Below, one piece after another: positions 11,191 to 21,191 of a stretch of DNA of 64,000 nucleotides. The translations under genes were made by a program, and so were the position numbers. The stretch spans positions 2,227 through 66,226 of the forward strand of contig NZ_CAUTDQ010000004.1 of NCBI RefSeq assembly GCF_963537375.1. Direction: 5' to 3'. The stretch is from an uncultured Gemella sp. (GTDB lineage Bacteria > Bacillota > Bacilli > Staphylococcales > Gemellaceae). Below the pieces are notes generated by a model. It was not told the origin of the DNA. It was given only the letters and a program-made list of their open reading frames with translations, and searched no databases. The stretch's first letter is position 1. The number at the start of each line of letters is the position of its first letter.

Positions 11191-12534
11191 ATGAGAAAAT
11201 ATTTTGGAACAGACGGTATTCGTGGTATCGCAGGAGAATCACTAACTGCCGATTTAAGTTTTAAAGTAGGTAAAGCTCTTGGTAAATTACTTACTGAAAA
11301 AAAAGAACATCCAAAAGTAATAATAGGTAGAGATACTAGAATTTCATGTGACATGATTGAACAAGCTTTAACAGCAGGACTAACTAGTACTGGTGTTAAT
11401 GTTATGACGGTAGGAGCTATCCCTACTCCAGCTATTGCATATCTTACTAAAACAATTGAAACTGATAGCGGAATTATGATTTCTGCTTCTCACAATCCAT
11501 ACCAAGACAATGGAATTAAAATTTTTGGACCTGATGGATTCAAACTTACAGACGATCAAGAATTAGAAATTGAACACCTAATCGACAATTCAGACGAAAT
11601 AAAAAATGCTAGTTTTGAAAAAATCGGAAAATTATATAGTGGAAATGAGCTAACACAAAAATATGTTCAACACATAAAACAATCTATTTCTGGAGATTTA
11701 TCTGGAATTAAAATTGCTCTTGATTGCGCTAATGGAGCCACAACAGGTGTAGCTCCATTCATCTTCGGTGATTTAGAAGCAGATATAGAAACTATCGGAT
11801 GTAAACCGAATGGTATCAATATCAACGACAATGTTGGTTCAACAAAAATCAATACAATTGCAAACTTTGTTAAAGAAAATAATGTAGATGTAGGTTTTGC
11901 ATTCGATGGTGATGGTGATAGAGTACTTGCTGTTGATTCAAAAGGTAATATCGTTGATGGTGATAAAATAATGTTCATCTTAGCAAAACACTTAAAAGAA
12001 CAAGGTGAATTGAAAGAGAATATGGTAGTATCAACAGTAATGAGTAATATCGGATTCTACAAAGCAATCGAAGAAAATGGATTACGATCGGTAAAAACTG
12101 CCGTAGGAGATAGATATGTTGTTGAAGAAATGAGAAATAACGACTACTCACTTGGAGGAGAACAATCTGGTCATATTATTCTTATGAACTATGCGACAAC
12201 TGGTGACGGTATTCTTACAGCTGTTAAACTGGCTGATATAATTAAATCTTCTGGAAAATCATTAGAAGAACTAGCTAATGAAGTTAATATTTATCCACAA
12301 AAACTAGTCAATATTAAAGTAGTGGATAAAAAATCTGCTATGGAAGATGCAGAAATTCTTTCTGAATGTGAAAAAGTAGAAAAAGAATTAGAAAGAAATG
12401 GACGTATCTTATTACGAGCTTCTGGTACAGAAAATTTAATTCGTGTAATGGTAGAAGCTAGTAGCGATGAACTAACTGATAAATATTGCGAACAAGTTGC
12501 AAAAATCGTTCGTGAAAAATTTGAAGTAAAATAA
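11191..12534 (+). CDS. glmM: phosphoglucosamine mutase
   Basis: MRKYFGTDGIRG, ISASHNP, DGDGDR, GGEQSGH; AAGGAG RBS; own promoter TTGACT(11128)-17-TAATAT(11151). Confidence 0.96.
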   Translation: MRKYFGTDGIRGIAGESLTADLSFKVGKALGKLLTEKKEHPKVIIGRDTRISCDMIEQALTAGLTSTGVNVMTVGAIPTPAIAYLTKTIETDSGIMISASHNPYQDNGIKIFGPDGFKLTDDQELEIEHLIDNSDEIKNASFEKIGKLYSGNELTQKYVQHIKQSISGDLSGIKIALDCANGATTGVAPFIFGDLEADIETIGCKPNGININDNVGSTKINTIANFVKENNVDVGFAFDGDGDRVLAVDSKGNIVDGDKIMFILAKHLKEQGELKENMVVSTVMSNIGFYKAIEENGLRSVKTAVGDRYVVEEMRNNDYSLGGEQSGHIILMNYATTGDGILTAVKLADIIKSSGKSLEELANEVNIYPQKLVNIKVVDKKSAMEDAEILSECEKVEKELERNGRILLRASGTENLIRVMVEASSDELTDKYCEQVAKIVREKFEVK

Positions 12535-12540
12535 ATCACA

Positions 12541-12574
12541 AAAAGAAGTTAGGATTAAAAACTAACTTCTTTTT
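12541..12574 (+). terminator. glmM intrinsic terminator
   Basis: AAAAGAAGTTAG/CTAACTTCTTTT inverted repeat with T tract. Confidence 0.8.
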
Positions 12575-12969
12575 ATATTTTGTATTTTTAAAAGATACAA
12601 CTGTAATTCCAATAATCCTATAAAATCAATTTACATATTAAAATATCCCACTTTTATTCTACACATTATCTCAAACATTTTTTTATATTTATAATTTTTA
12701 AACAAATAAATAACAACTTAATATTATATTAATTTTTTTAAATGATAAATTAGTACTAATAAAACTCCTATAAATGGCTATTATATTTACATCTTTACAG
12801 TAAATTACTTAATACTATTTTTTACTATAAAAATAGCATTAATTGTATTTAAAATATAAATAATAATATAAACTATTATCAAAATTTTAATCTTTTTATA
12901 TAAATCGAGTTTTATTAATATTTTACCAAAATATAACTGAATTATTTTAAAGAAAATTATATTTTCCTC

Positions 12970-12998
12970 TTGTTTTTTGTATATACTTCTGTTATACT
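12970..12998 (+). promoter_or_regulatory. sigmaA promoter of the putative sRNA
   Basis: TTGTTT-17 bp-TATACT with extended TG. Confidence 0.65.
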
Positions 12999-13003
12999 TA
13001 TAA

Positions 13004-13130
13004 ATGAAGTAATTATTATATTACTTCAATATGTTCTTTTATTATAAGTCTCCCTAGCTTATAATAAAGACTTTTCATATTTACTCCCTTATTTCTACCT
13101 TACAATATTTTTTGTAAGGTAGGTTTTTTT
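13004..13130 (+). ncRNA. putative ~125-nt regulatory sRNA with two UCCC motifs
   Basis: Promoter, two hairpins (second has UCUCCCUAG loop), single-stranded UUUUCAUAUUUACUCCCUU, 11-bp terminator stem plus U7; no ORF. Confidence 0.7.
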
Positions 13131-13203
13131 ATTTTCATTTTCTGAAATAACAATTAATTTCCACTGTTTTTTCACAAAGTACATATTTTTTTCTCTTTAC
13201 AAC

Positions 13204-13245
13204 AAAATTGTCTTGACTTATTTTCTTTCCTAAGGTAAACTTTAA
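13204..13245 (+). promoter_or_regulatory. Mn-operon promoter with DtxR/MntR-family (ScaR/SloR/PsaR-like) operator
   Basis: AAAATTGTCTTGACTTATTTT imperfect palindrome over -35 TTGACT (13213), 17 bp, -10 TAAACT (13236); resembles streptococcal AAATTAACTTGACTTAATTT boxes. Confidence 0.7.
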
Positions 13246-13280
13246 TGTGTAGAGAAAAATTATATGAGGGAGGGGAAGAT

Positions 13281-14009
13281 ATGATACAAATCGAAAACCT
13301 TAACGTTTCCTACAACCAAACCCCTGTTCTTTCTGATGTTAACTTAGAAATTACAGGAGCTAATATAATTGGTATTATAGGACCAAATGGTGCTGGAAAA
13401 TCCACTTTAATAAAAGCTGTTTTGAACATAATACCATCAACAGGTAGTGCAAAAATAGATAATAAAATCTCTAAAGAAAATTTAAATAATGTTGCTTATG
13501 TTGAACAAAAAATTAATATCGATTACAATTTTCCAATAAAAGTAAGGGAATGTGTTTCACTTGGTTTATATCCAAAAATCGGTATTTTTAAAAAATTAAA
13601 AAAATCAGATTGGCAAAAAGTAGACGAAGCATTGAAACTTGTTGGATTGGATCAATTTTCAAATCGTCAAATCAGCGAGTTATCAGGTGGTCAATTTCAA
13701 CGTGTATTAATTGCTCGTTGTCTTGTCCAAGAAGCAAAATATATATTTTTAGATGAGCCTTTTGTTGGTATTGATTCTGTTAGTGAAGAAATCATCATGG
13801 AAACACTAAGAGATCTTCGTTCTAAAGGACATACAATTCTAATTGTACACCACGACTTAAGAAAAGTTCATTCATATTTTGATAAAGTACTTATACTAAA
13901 CAAAGAAGTTATTTCTTACGGTGATACAAAAGAGACTTTTACTAGAGAAAACCTTACAAAAGCATATGGTACTGACCTATTCTTCATGGGAGGTGAATCT
14001 AATGATTAA
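13281..14009 (+). CDS. psaB: Mn/metal ABC transporter ATPase (PsaB/ScaC/MtsB-like)
   Basis: [27 protein letters not shown]. Confidence 0.9.
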   Translation: MIQIENLNVSYNQTPVLSDVNLEITGANIIGIIGPNGAGKSTLIKAVLNIIPSTGSAKIDNKISKENLNNVAYVEQKINIDYNFPIKVRECVSLGLYPKIGIFKKLKKSDWQKVDEALKLVGLDQFSNRQISELSGGQFQRVLIARCLVQEAKYIFLDEPFVGIDSVSEEIIMETLRDLRSKGHTILIVHHDLRKVHSYFDKVLILNKEVISYGDTKETFTRENLTKAYGTDLFFMGGESND

Positions 14010-14838
14010 AGAATTTATAGATGGTCTTTATAGTTTTCATTTCTTGCAGAATGCTCTTATCACTGCAATCGTGATAGGTATTGTGGCGGGTGCTGTCGGA
14101 TGTTTTATTGTACTTAGGGGAATGTCTTTAATGGGAGATGCTATTTCTCACGCAGTTCTTCCAGGAGTCGCCCTATCATTTATATTAGGAATTGACTTCT
14201 TTATAGGTGCGATTGTATTCGGACTATTAGCGTCAATTATTATAACATTTATAAAAGGTAATTCAATAATTAAAAGCGATACCGCTATAGGTATTACATT
14301 CAGTTCGTTTTTAGCCTTAGGTGTTATCCTAATCAGTGTTGCAAAAAGTTCTACAGACTTATTTCACATTCTTTTTGGTAATATCTTAGCTGTTCAAGAC
14401 TTAGACATGTATATTACAATTGGAGTTGCTATTTTCGTATTACTTGTAATAAAACTATTCTACAAAGAATTATTACTAACTTCATTTGATGAATTATTGG
14501 CAAAAGCAATGGGAATGAAAGTTAATTTCTATCACTATTTACTTATGATACTTTTAACTTTAGTATCTGTAACAGCAATGCAAAGTGTTGGTACAATTCT
14601 AATTGTAGCAATGCTAATTACTCCTGCTGCCACAGCATATCTTTATGCAAATAGTCTGAAAACAATGATTCTCTTATCATCTACAATTGGAGCATGTTGT
14701 TCTGTACTCGGGCTATTCATAGGATATTCATTCAATATCGCAGCTGGATCTAGTATCGTTTTGACATCAGCTATTGTTTTTGCAATAAGTTTCTTTATTG
14801 CACCAAAACAACGCTTTGTTAAGCATAAAAAAAAATAA
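14002..14838 (+). CDS. psaC: Mn/metal ABC transporter permease (PsaC-like)
   Basis: [29 protein letters not shown]. Confidence 0.9.
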   Translation: MIKEFIDGLYSFHFLQNALITAIVIGIVAGAVGCFIVLRGMSLMGDAISHAVLPGVALSFILGIDFFIGAIVFGLLASIIITFIKGNSIIKSDTAIGITFSSFLALGVILISVAKSSTDLFHILFGNILAVQDLDMYITIGVAIFVLLVIKLFYKELLLTSFDELLAKAMGMKVNFYHYLLMILLTLVSVTAMQSVGTILIVAMLITPAATAYLYANSLKTMILLSSTIGACCSVLGLFIGYSFNIAAGSSIVLTSAIVFAISFFIAPKQRFVKHKKK

Positions 14839-15056
14839 TTTAGGTAATAACATACAAAGAATAAACTAGTTTTTATCTAATCTAAATTAATATAATAATC
14901 CCTTTAAATAAACTTATTAAAATAAAAAATACTTCCAAAGTGAGTTTATTTAGAGGTGTTATTAAAAAGGTTTTAATTGATAATGATTATTATTAGTTAT
15001 GTAAATCTATTTTATTCTTTGTCTTACAAAAAAAAATAATAAAGGAGGCCTATAAT

Positions 15057-16007
15057 ATGAAAAAATTAGGTTTTAAAAAATTAAGTTTTCTAGCGCTTAT
15101 TTTTACTTTAGCTGTTGGATTATTTGCTTGTTCTAGCGCTAAACAAGACTCAAATTCTAACGAAGCTACAAAATTAAAAGTAGTAGCAACTAACTCTATC
15201 ATTGCTGATATTACTAAAAATATTGCTGGTGATAAAATTGATTTACACAGTATCGTACCAGTTGGTCAAGACCCACATGAATACGAGCCACTTCCTGATG
15301 ATGTTAAAAAAACATCTCAAGCTAATCTTATCTTCTACAACGGTATTAACTTAGAAACTGGTGGTAACGCTTGGTTTACAAAATTAGTTCAAAATGCTAA
15401 AAAAGAAGAAAACAAAGATTACTACGCAGTAAGTGAAGGTGTTGATGTAATTTACCTTGAAGGTCAAAGCGAAAAAGGTAAAGAAGACCCACATGCTTGG
15501 TTAAACCTTGAAAATGGTATGATTTATGCTAAAAATATTGCAAAACAATTAGAAGCTAAAGATCCAAAAAATAAAGATTTTTACGAAGCTAACCTTAAAA
15601 CTTACTTAGAAAAACTTTCTAAATTAGACAAAGAAGCAAAAGAGAAATTCAACAACATTCCTAAAGAGAAAAAAACAATCGTAACTAGTGAAGGATGCTT
15701 CAAATACTTCTCTAAAGCATACAACGTACCTTCTGCATACATTTGGGAAATCAATACTGAAGAAGAAGGAACTCCAGATCAAATCAAAACTCTAGTTGAA
15801 AAATTACGTAAAACTAAAGTACCTTCTCTATTCGTAGAAAGTAGTGTTGACGAACGTCCAATGCAAACAGTATCAAAAGACACTAACATTCCAATTTACG
15901 AAAAAATCTTCACTGATTCAATTGCTGAACCAGGACAAAATGGAGATAGCTACTACAGCATGATGAAATGGAACTTAGATAAAATTTCTGAAGGACTAGC
16001 TAAATAA
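15057..16007 (+). CDS. psaA: LraI-family Mn-binding lipoprotein/adhesin (PsaA/SsaB/FimA-like)
   Basis: Lipobox LFAC, DPHEYEP, EDPHAW, WEINTE, FTDS. Confidence 0.93.
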   Translation: MKKLGFKKLSFLALIFTLAVGLFACSSAKQDSNSNEATKLKVVATNSIIADITKNIAGDKIDLHSIVPVGQDPHEYEPLPDDVKKTSQANLIFYNGINLETGGNAWFTKLVQNAKKEENKDYYAVSEGVDVIYLEGQSEKGKEDPHAWLNLENGMIYAKNIAKQLEAKDPKNKDFYEANLKTYLEKLSKLDKEAKEKFNNIPKEKKTIVTSEGCFKYFSKAYNVPSAYIWEINTEEEGTPDQIKTLVEKLRKTKVPSLFVESSVDERPMQTVSKDTNIPIYEKIFTDSIAEPGQNGDSYYSMMKWNLDKISEGLAK

Positions 16008-16115
16008 CTATATTATAGAATCTCATGTACATTTTTATGTATATGAGATTTTATATTGATTTTTCATATAAAATCGTTTACAATTAAAGATGAGAAAATT
16101 TATTAGGAGTTATTT

Positions 16116-17030
16116 ATGAATATTATTAAAAATTTACCTACACCTATTGCCGGTTTAGCACTTGGTTCAGTAGCGTTAGGAAATCTATTACAACCATACA
16201 GTCCTAAATTACAATTATTATTTTGTCTTTTATCTTTTATAATAATTGTACTTTTAACTATTAAATTTGTGTTGGGATTTGACAAATTAAAAAAAGAAAT
16301 GAAAAATCCTGTAATTGCAACGGTTCTTGCAACTTATCCTATGAGTATTATGCTTTTAAGTTCATTTTCAAAAAAATTTATCGGTGCTTACAGTGTTCCC
16401 TTTTGGATAATTGGAATTCTTCTAGATTTATTTGTTGTTTGTTATGCAATTTATTATTTTATTTTGAGAGAAAAACATATCAAAAATATTTATCCAACTT
16501 GGTTCATCACCTTCGTTGGACCAGCCGTTGTAACTGTAACAGCAATAAATTACAACTTAGAAACACTAGGATTAATTTACTTCTATTTTTCTTATATTAA
16601 CTACTTAGTATTATTACCTTTCGTTCTTTATAGAGTTTATAAATATAAACATTATAATGATGGTGATTATCCTACTATAACAGTATTTTCTGCTCCTGGT
16701 GGATTATTACTAGCTAGTTATATGATAGGAGTTACACAAAAAAGCAACTATATACTTACAGTATTAGTGCCACTAACGATATTATTGTTTATATTTGTCT
16801 TAATCCAATTACCTTATTTACTAAAAAGAAAATTCTATCCTAGCTTTTCTGCTTTTACTTTCCCATTAGTAATTTGTGCGATAGCATTTCAAAAAACTGG
16901 AATATACTATCAAATAGCTGAATTTTCTGTTTTGAATATTTTAATTCATCTAAGCGAATTACTGGCGATAATTATTGTAATTTATGTATGGTATGGGTTT
17001 ATTAAGAATTTATCATATTCAAATAATTAA
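16116..17030 (+). CDS. TDT family (tellurite/dicarboxylate) transporter
   Basis: ~10 TM segments, YPTWFI.FVG and FSAFTFPLVI motifs. Confidence 0.8.
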   Translation: MNIIKNLPTPIAGLALGSVALGNLLQPYSPKLQLLFCLLSFIIIVLLTIKFVLGFDKLKKEMKNPVIATVLATYPMSIMLLSSFSKKFIGAYSVPFWIIGILLDLFVVCYAIYYFILREKHIKNIYPTWFITFVGPAVVTVTAINYNLETLGLIYFYFSYINYLVLLPFVLYRVYKYKHYNDGDYPTITVFSAPGGLLLASYMIGVTQKSNYILTVLVPLTILLFIFVLIQLPYLLKRKFYPSFSAFTFPLVICAIAFQKTGIYYQIAEFSVLNILIHLSELLAIIIVIYVWYGFIKNLSYSNN

Positions 17031-17045
17031 TAGTATATACATTTG

Positions 17046-17082
17046 AAGGACACAGTTCAAAATTGTACTGTGTCCTTATTTT
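17046..17082. terminator. bidirectional intrinsic terminator
   Basis: AAGGACACAGT/ACTGTGTCCTT stem between convergent genes. Confidence 0.75.
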
Positions 17083-17615
17083 TATATATTTTTCTTTGGA
17101 TGTCTGTCTATAACATCTTGATTATCAAGTAAAGCTTTTTCCCCTTTTTGAGTTAATTTATATCCTCTTATAGAGAAAAGTTTAGATAACTCTTCCTCAC
17201 TAAAATTTTCTTCAAGTACTTTATCTAAATCAGCTGCTTTTAACTTAGATAGTCCTTTGATTCCTTTTTGTTTAAGAATATTTTTCTTAGCTGTAGAGTT
17301 AATATGATCTAATGAAGAAAATGCACTCTCGATTTCAACATACCCTTCATCTTCTAATTTTTTCAAGTTCTCAGGAGCATTTATACCATACGTATATTCG
17401 AAGTATTTAGGAAACCAGGTTTCAGTTGTAAATGTCCCGAATTCTATTCTCCATAACAATATAATATCACCTGCAAGCAGATTATTCTTTAAAGTTACCA
17501 TATTTCTTTTCGGTACTGGCTTCGCATCCAATAACCACTCATCAATATTTCGTTCAGGAGAGATATATGAAATATTCTCGTGAGATTTATACATTTCTAA
17601 TATCCTTTGATCCAT
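17082..17615 (-). CDS. hypothetical protein with Rho-N/HeH-like motif
   Basis: Clean ORF abutting the smc stop; KNILKQKGIKGLSKLKAADL resembles helix-extension-helix nucleic-acid-binding motifs. Confidence 0.7.
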   Translation of the reverse strand: MDQRILEMYKSHENISYISPERNIDEWLLDAKPVPKRNMVTLKNNLLAGDIILLWRIEFGTFTTETWFPKYFEYTYGINAPENLKKLEDEGYVEIESAFSSLDHINSTAKKNILKQKGIKGLSKLKAADLDKVLEENFSEEELSKLFSIRGYKLTQKGEKALLDNQDVIDRHPKKNI

Positions 17616-20600
17616 CTACTCTATAATCTCCTCAAAGTTCTCGATAACATCTTTTAACTCTAATTCTAAGATATAACTAATACCTTTTTCTTGCATTGTT
17701 ACTCCGTATAAGGTATCCATAGCTTCCATAGTTCCTCGTCTGTGCGTAATAACTAAGAACTGATTATTCTCTGAATAAACTTTCAAGAATTTAGCGAATC
17801 TATTAACATTCTCTTCATCCAGTGCCGCTTCTACCTCATCAAGTACTACAAACGGAGGATTTTTAACCTGTAATATCGCAAATAGTAAACTTACCGCAGT
17901 TAAAGATTTCTCTCCACCTGATAATAATGAAAGGTTTTGAAGTTTTTTACCAGGAGGTGAAGCTTCGATTACTATTCCAGTATTTAATATATCATTTGGT
18001 GATTCTAAAGTCATATCCGCATAACCACCTTTGAATAGTTCTTTAAATATCTTATTAAAGTTCTCAGCTACTTGAACAAACGTCGTTAAGAAGCGCTCTT
18101 TTACTTCTTTATCAATCTCTGCGATAGTCTCTTCTAGTTTTTCTTTCGCTTCTACAAGGTCGGTAATTTGCTCATTATAGAAGTCATAACGTTCTTTTAC
18201 TTCTTCAAATTCAGCTATAGCATTTAGGTTAATATTACCTAAGTCCACTATCTCTTTACGAAGTCTTACTACATCATCTTTATATGAAGGTACTTCATCA
18301 ATATTTTTATCAGTCAATCTATCTGATACACTTTCATACGTTACATTATAGTTGGTAACAAGATTTTCTAGATACTCATCGATTTTAACTTCTATCTTCG
18401 TCTGTTCTACTGTTAGTTTTTCAAATTCTGAAGTTTTTTGACGTAGACTTTCGTTATTTCTTTGTTGAGCTACCGTAATTTCTTTTTCACGTTTAAACAA
18501 TCCTGTTTTTTCCATATCAAGATCTGATAATAAAGTCTTAAGCGTTGTTAAACGTTCAGTACACTCAATAATCAACTTAGAGTTATTTTCTAAGATTTGA
18601 AGCTCATCTTCCTCACTCAATGACTCAGCATCTTTAGACATTTCTAGTCTTATCAACTGTTCATCCACATCTGCTATATCTGCTAATAGTGATTCTATTA
18701 ACTCTAAACCATGCTTAGTAGTCTCTTCCAATTTTGATTTTTCTATCTTAAGCTCAGCAATTTTCTCTATGAATAATTCCTCAGCACTTTGAGCATTTTG
18801 TTTCTTACTACTTTCTTCTTTGATTTTTTCATCAAGTTTTTGTAGTTCTACTCTAATTTTTCCAAGACTTTGAGTTAATTCGATAATATTACTTGAATCA
18901 TCCTCATTGTCTTTAAATTCTAATAATTTTTTCTCATTAAATTCTATATTTGCTTTAATATCAGCAATCTCAGAATTCTTATGATTAATACTTAATTCTA
19001 ATTGCTTAAGTTTTAAAATCACTTCTTCTTTTGTCGATTTTAAACTTCCAATTTCATTCATTACTTCTTGTTGTTGATTTTCTAATTGATGTTTTTCTCT
19101 ATCTAATTTTTCAATCTTATCATTAATTTTAACAAGATTTTGTGAAAGTTCATCAAGTTCAGCTTTGTGTTTAATAGATGAATTATTATTTTTATTAATA
19201 GCTCCACCAGTAATAGATCCACCACTGTTAATAATTTGCCCATCAAGGGTAATAATTCTATTCCTAAAATTAATCTTACGAGCTATTCTATTGGCGTTAT
19301 CCATATTATCAACGATAAGAACAAGCCCTAATAGGTGAGATATTATATTTTTATACTCACTATCAACAGTTATAAGATTTTCAGCAATATTGATAAATCC
19401 TTCTTCATTTACTACTGTTCTATAAACATCATTGGCAATAGCTTTTGCTTTAATATTATTTAATGGTAAAAATGTAACTCTACCTTTATTAGTTTTCTTT
19501 AAATGATTAATGCACTCTTTAGCAACATTCTCATTTTCTACGATAATATTTTGTTGTGCTTGCCCTAAAGCAATATCAATAGCAACAGCATATTCTTTAT
19601 CAAATTCTACAATATTTGCTACACTATTATGAACACCAGCTAAAGAATCCTTATTTGCAAGAATCTCTTTAACTCCAATATTATAAAAGCTTAAATTATT
19701 GATTTGATCTTCTAAAAATTTCTTACGATTTTCCAGGTTACTCTTGAAGTTATGTCCTGTACGAATTTGATCTTCTATATTTTTCCCATTTGAATTAATT
19801 AAAATATTTTTTTCAACTAATATATCAAGTTCTCTTTGAAGATTAGATAATTGTTCATTTAATACCTTTTGTTCTTCTATCGCTGTAAAAAATTCTTCTT
19901 CTCTTACACTTAAAACTTGTTTTTGTCTTTCTATATTATCTAAAATTTCTTTACTGTTTTCATCAGCACTCTCTAGATTTCTCTTTGCAAACTCTATACT
20001 ATTCTCTAGTTTAGTTTCTTCGTTAATTAAGCTATAGTAAGTATCTTTTAATTCTTCTATATTTCTTTCAATTAATTCTAGTTTACTTTCTTCACCTGAT
20101 TCTAACGAAGATATTTCTTTGTTAATCTTTTGAATTCTGGCCTTAGTTTCAGCATTTAAATTTTCTCTTTCAGCTAGCTTACTTTCAAGGTTTTGTTTTC
20201 TTTCCTCAAGATACTTAATATCATCGTTTATTTTTTCACTTCTAAGTGTTCTGTTATTTTTTCTTTCCTCAATAACACTCAATTGCGATTGAAGAGATTC
20301 TTTCTTCTGAACTAATTCTAACTCCTCATCATGATATTTCATGTATGTTCTATCGAGCGAAACTAAACTATTCTTGATGCTTTCTAAATCTTTAATAAGT
20401 TCTTCTTGTCTACTTTCAAGTCCAAGTTTTTCAGATTCTTTCTCATATTTAACTTGAAGTAAATCAGCAAGTCTTTTTTGATATTCAGCAATGTTATAGA
20501 CATTTAATAAAATGTCTTTTTCTTCAAGCTCATTAGCATAATCTAAATATTTTTGAGTTTTATTTTTTTGATCTTCTAAGATTTTATAACGACCTGAGAT

Positions 20601-21170
20601 TTCTGAGAAAATATCATTTAATCTCATTAAGTTATCATTAGTTTTTTCTAATTTAAGATTAGTTTCTTTTTTCTTATTTTTATATTTTAATACTCCTGAT
20701 GCCTCTTCTATAATCGCTCGACGATCAATAGGTTTAGATGAAATAATATCTTCTACCTTACCTTGAGTAATAATACTATAACTTTCTTTATTAATCCCAA
20801 AATCAAGATAGATATCCGTAATATCTTTTAATTTAGCACGTTTATTATCAATGTAATATTCACTATCACCATTTCTATACAAACGTCTTTTAATTTCACA
20901 ATTATCTTCTCCGTTAGAAAATGTTACTGCTACTTCAGCAAAGTTTTTTCTTTTCGCATCTTCAGTCCCCGAAAAGATAACATCTTTCATGCTACTACCA
21001 CGTAAATTTTTAGCAGATTGCTCCCCTAAAACCCAACGAATAGCATCAATTATATTACTTTTTCCCGAACCATTCGGCCCTACAACACCGATTAAATTAT
21101 TTTTAAATTCAAACGTTGTCTTCTTTTGAAAAGATTTAAAACCTGTAACTTCAACCTTTGCTAATTTCAT
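17616..21170 (-). CDS. smc: chromosome segregation protein SMC
   Basis: GFKSF, GPNGSGKSN, hinge GRVTFLPL/GGSITGG, LSGGE, LDEVEAALD. Confidence 0.97.
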   Translation of the reverse strand: MKLAKVEVTGFKSFQKKTTFEFKNNLIGVVGPNGSGKSNIIDAIRWVLGEQSAKNLRGSSMKDVIFSGTEDAKRKNFAEVAVTFSNGEDNCEIKRRLYRNGDSEYYIDNKRAKLKDITDIYLDFGINKESYSIITQGKVEDIISSKPIDRRAIIEEASGVLKYKNKKKETNLKLEKTNDNLMRLNDIFSEISGRYKILEDQKNKTQKYLDYANELEEKDILLNVYNIAEYQKRLADLLQVKYEKESEKLGLESRQEELIKDLESIKNSLVSLDRTYMKYHDEELELVQKKESLQSQLSVIEERKNNRTLRSEKINDDIKYLEERKQNLESKLAERENLNAETKARIQKINKEISSLESGEESKLELIERNIEELKDTYYSLINEETKLENSIEFAKRNLESADENSKEILDNIERQKQVLSVREEEFFTAIEEQKVLNEQLSNLQRELDILVEKNILINSNGKNIEDQIRTGHNFKSNLENRKKFLEDQINNLSFYNIGVKEILANKDSLAGVHNSVANIVEFDKEYAVAIDIALGQAQQNIIVENENVAKECINHLKKTNKGRVTFLPLNNIKAKAIANDVYRTVVNEEGFINIAENLITVDSEYKNIISHLLGLVLIVDNMDNANRIARKINFRNRIITLDGQIINSGGSITGGAINKNNNSSIKHKAELDELSQNLVKINDKIEKLDREKHQLENQQQEVMNEIGSLKSTKEEVILKLKQLELSINHKNSEIADIKANIEFNEKKLLEFKDNEDDSSNIIELTQSLGKIRVELQKLDEKIKEESSKKQNAQSAEELFIEKIAELKIEKSKLEETTKHGLELIESLLADIADVDEQLIRLEMSKDAESLSEEDELQILENNSKLIIECTERLTTLKTLLSDLDMEKTGLFKREKEITVAQQRNNESLRQKTSEFEKLTVEQTKIEVKIDEYLENLVTNYNVTYESVSDRLTDKNIDEVPSYKDDVVRLRKEIVDLGNINLNAIAEFEEVKERYDFYNEQITDLVEAKEKLEETIAEIDKEVKERFLTTFVQVAENFNKIFKELFKGGYADMTLESPNDILNTGIVIEASPPGKKLQNLSLLSGGEKSLTAVSLLFAILQVKNPPFVVLDEVEAALDEENVNRFAKFLKVYSENNQFLVITHRRGTMEAMDTLYGVTMQEKGISYILELELKDVIENFEEIIE

Positions 21171-21191
21171 CTTTGTTTCCTTTCATTATTT

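Noticed and set aside
12575..12960. glmS ribozyme or hidden ORF downstream of glmM
   Set aside because: Extremely AT-rich, no ribozyme core motifs and no credible ORF
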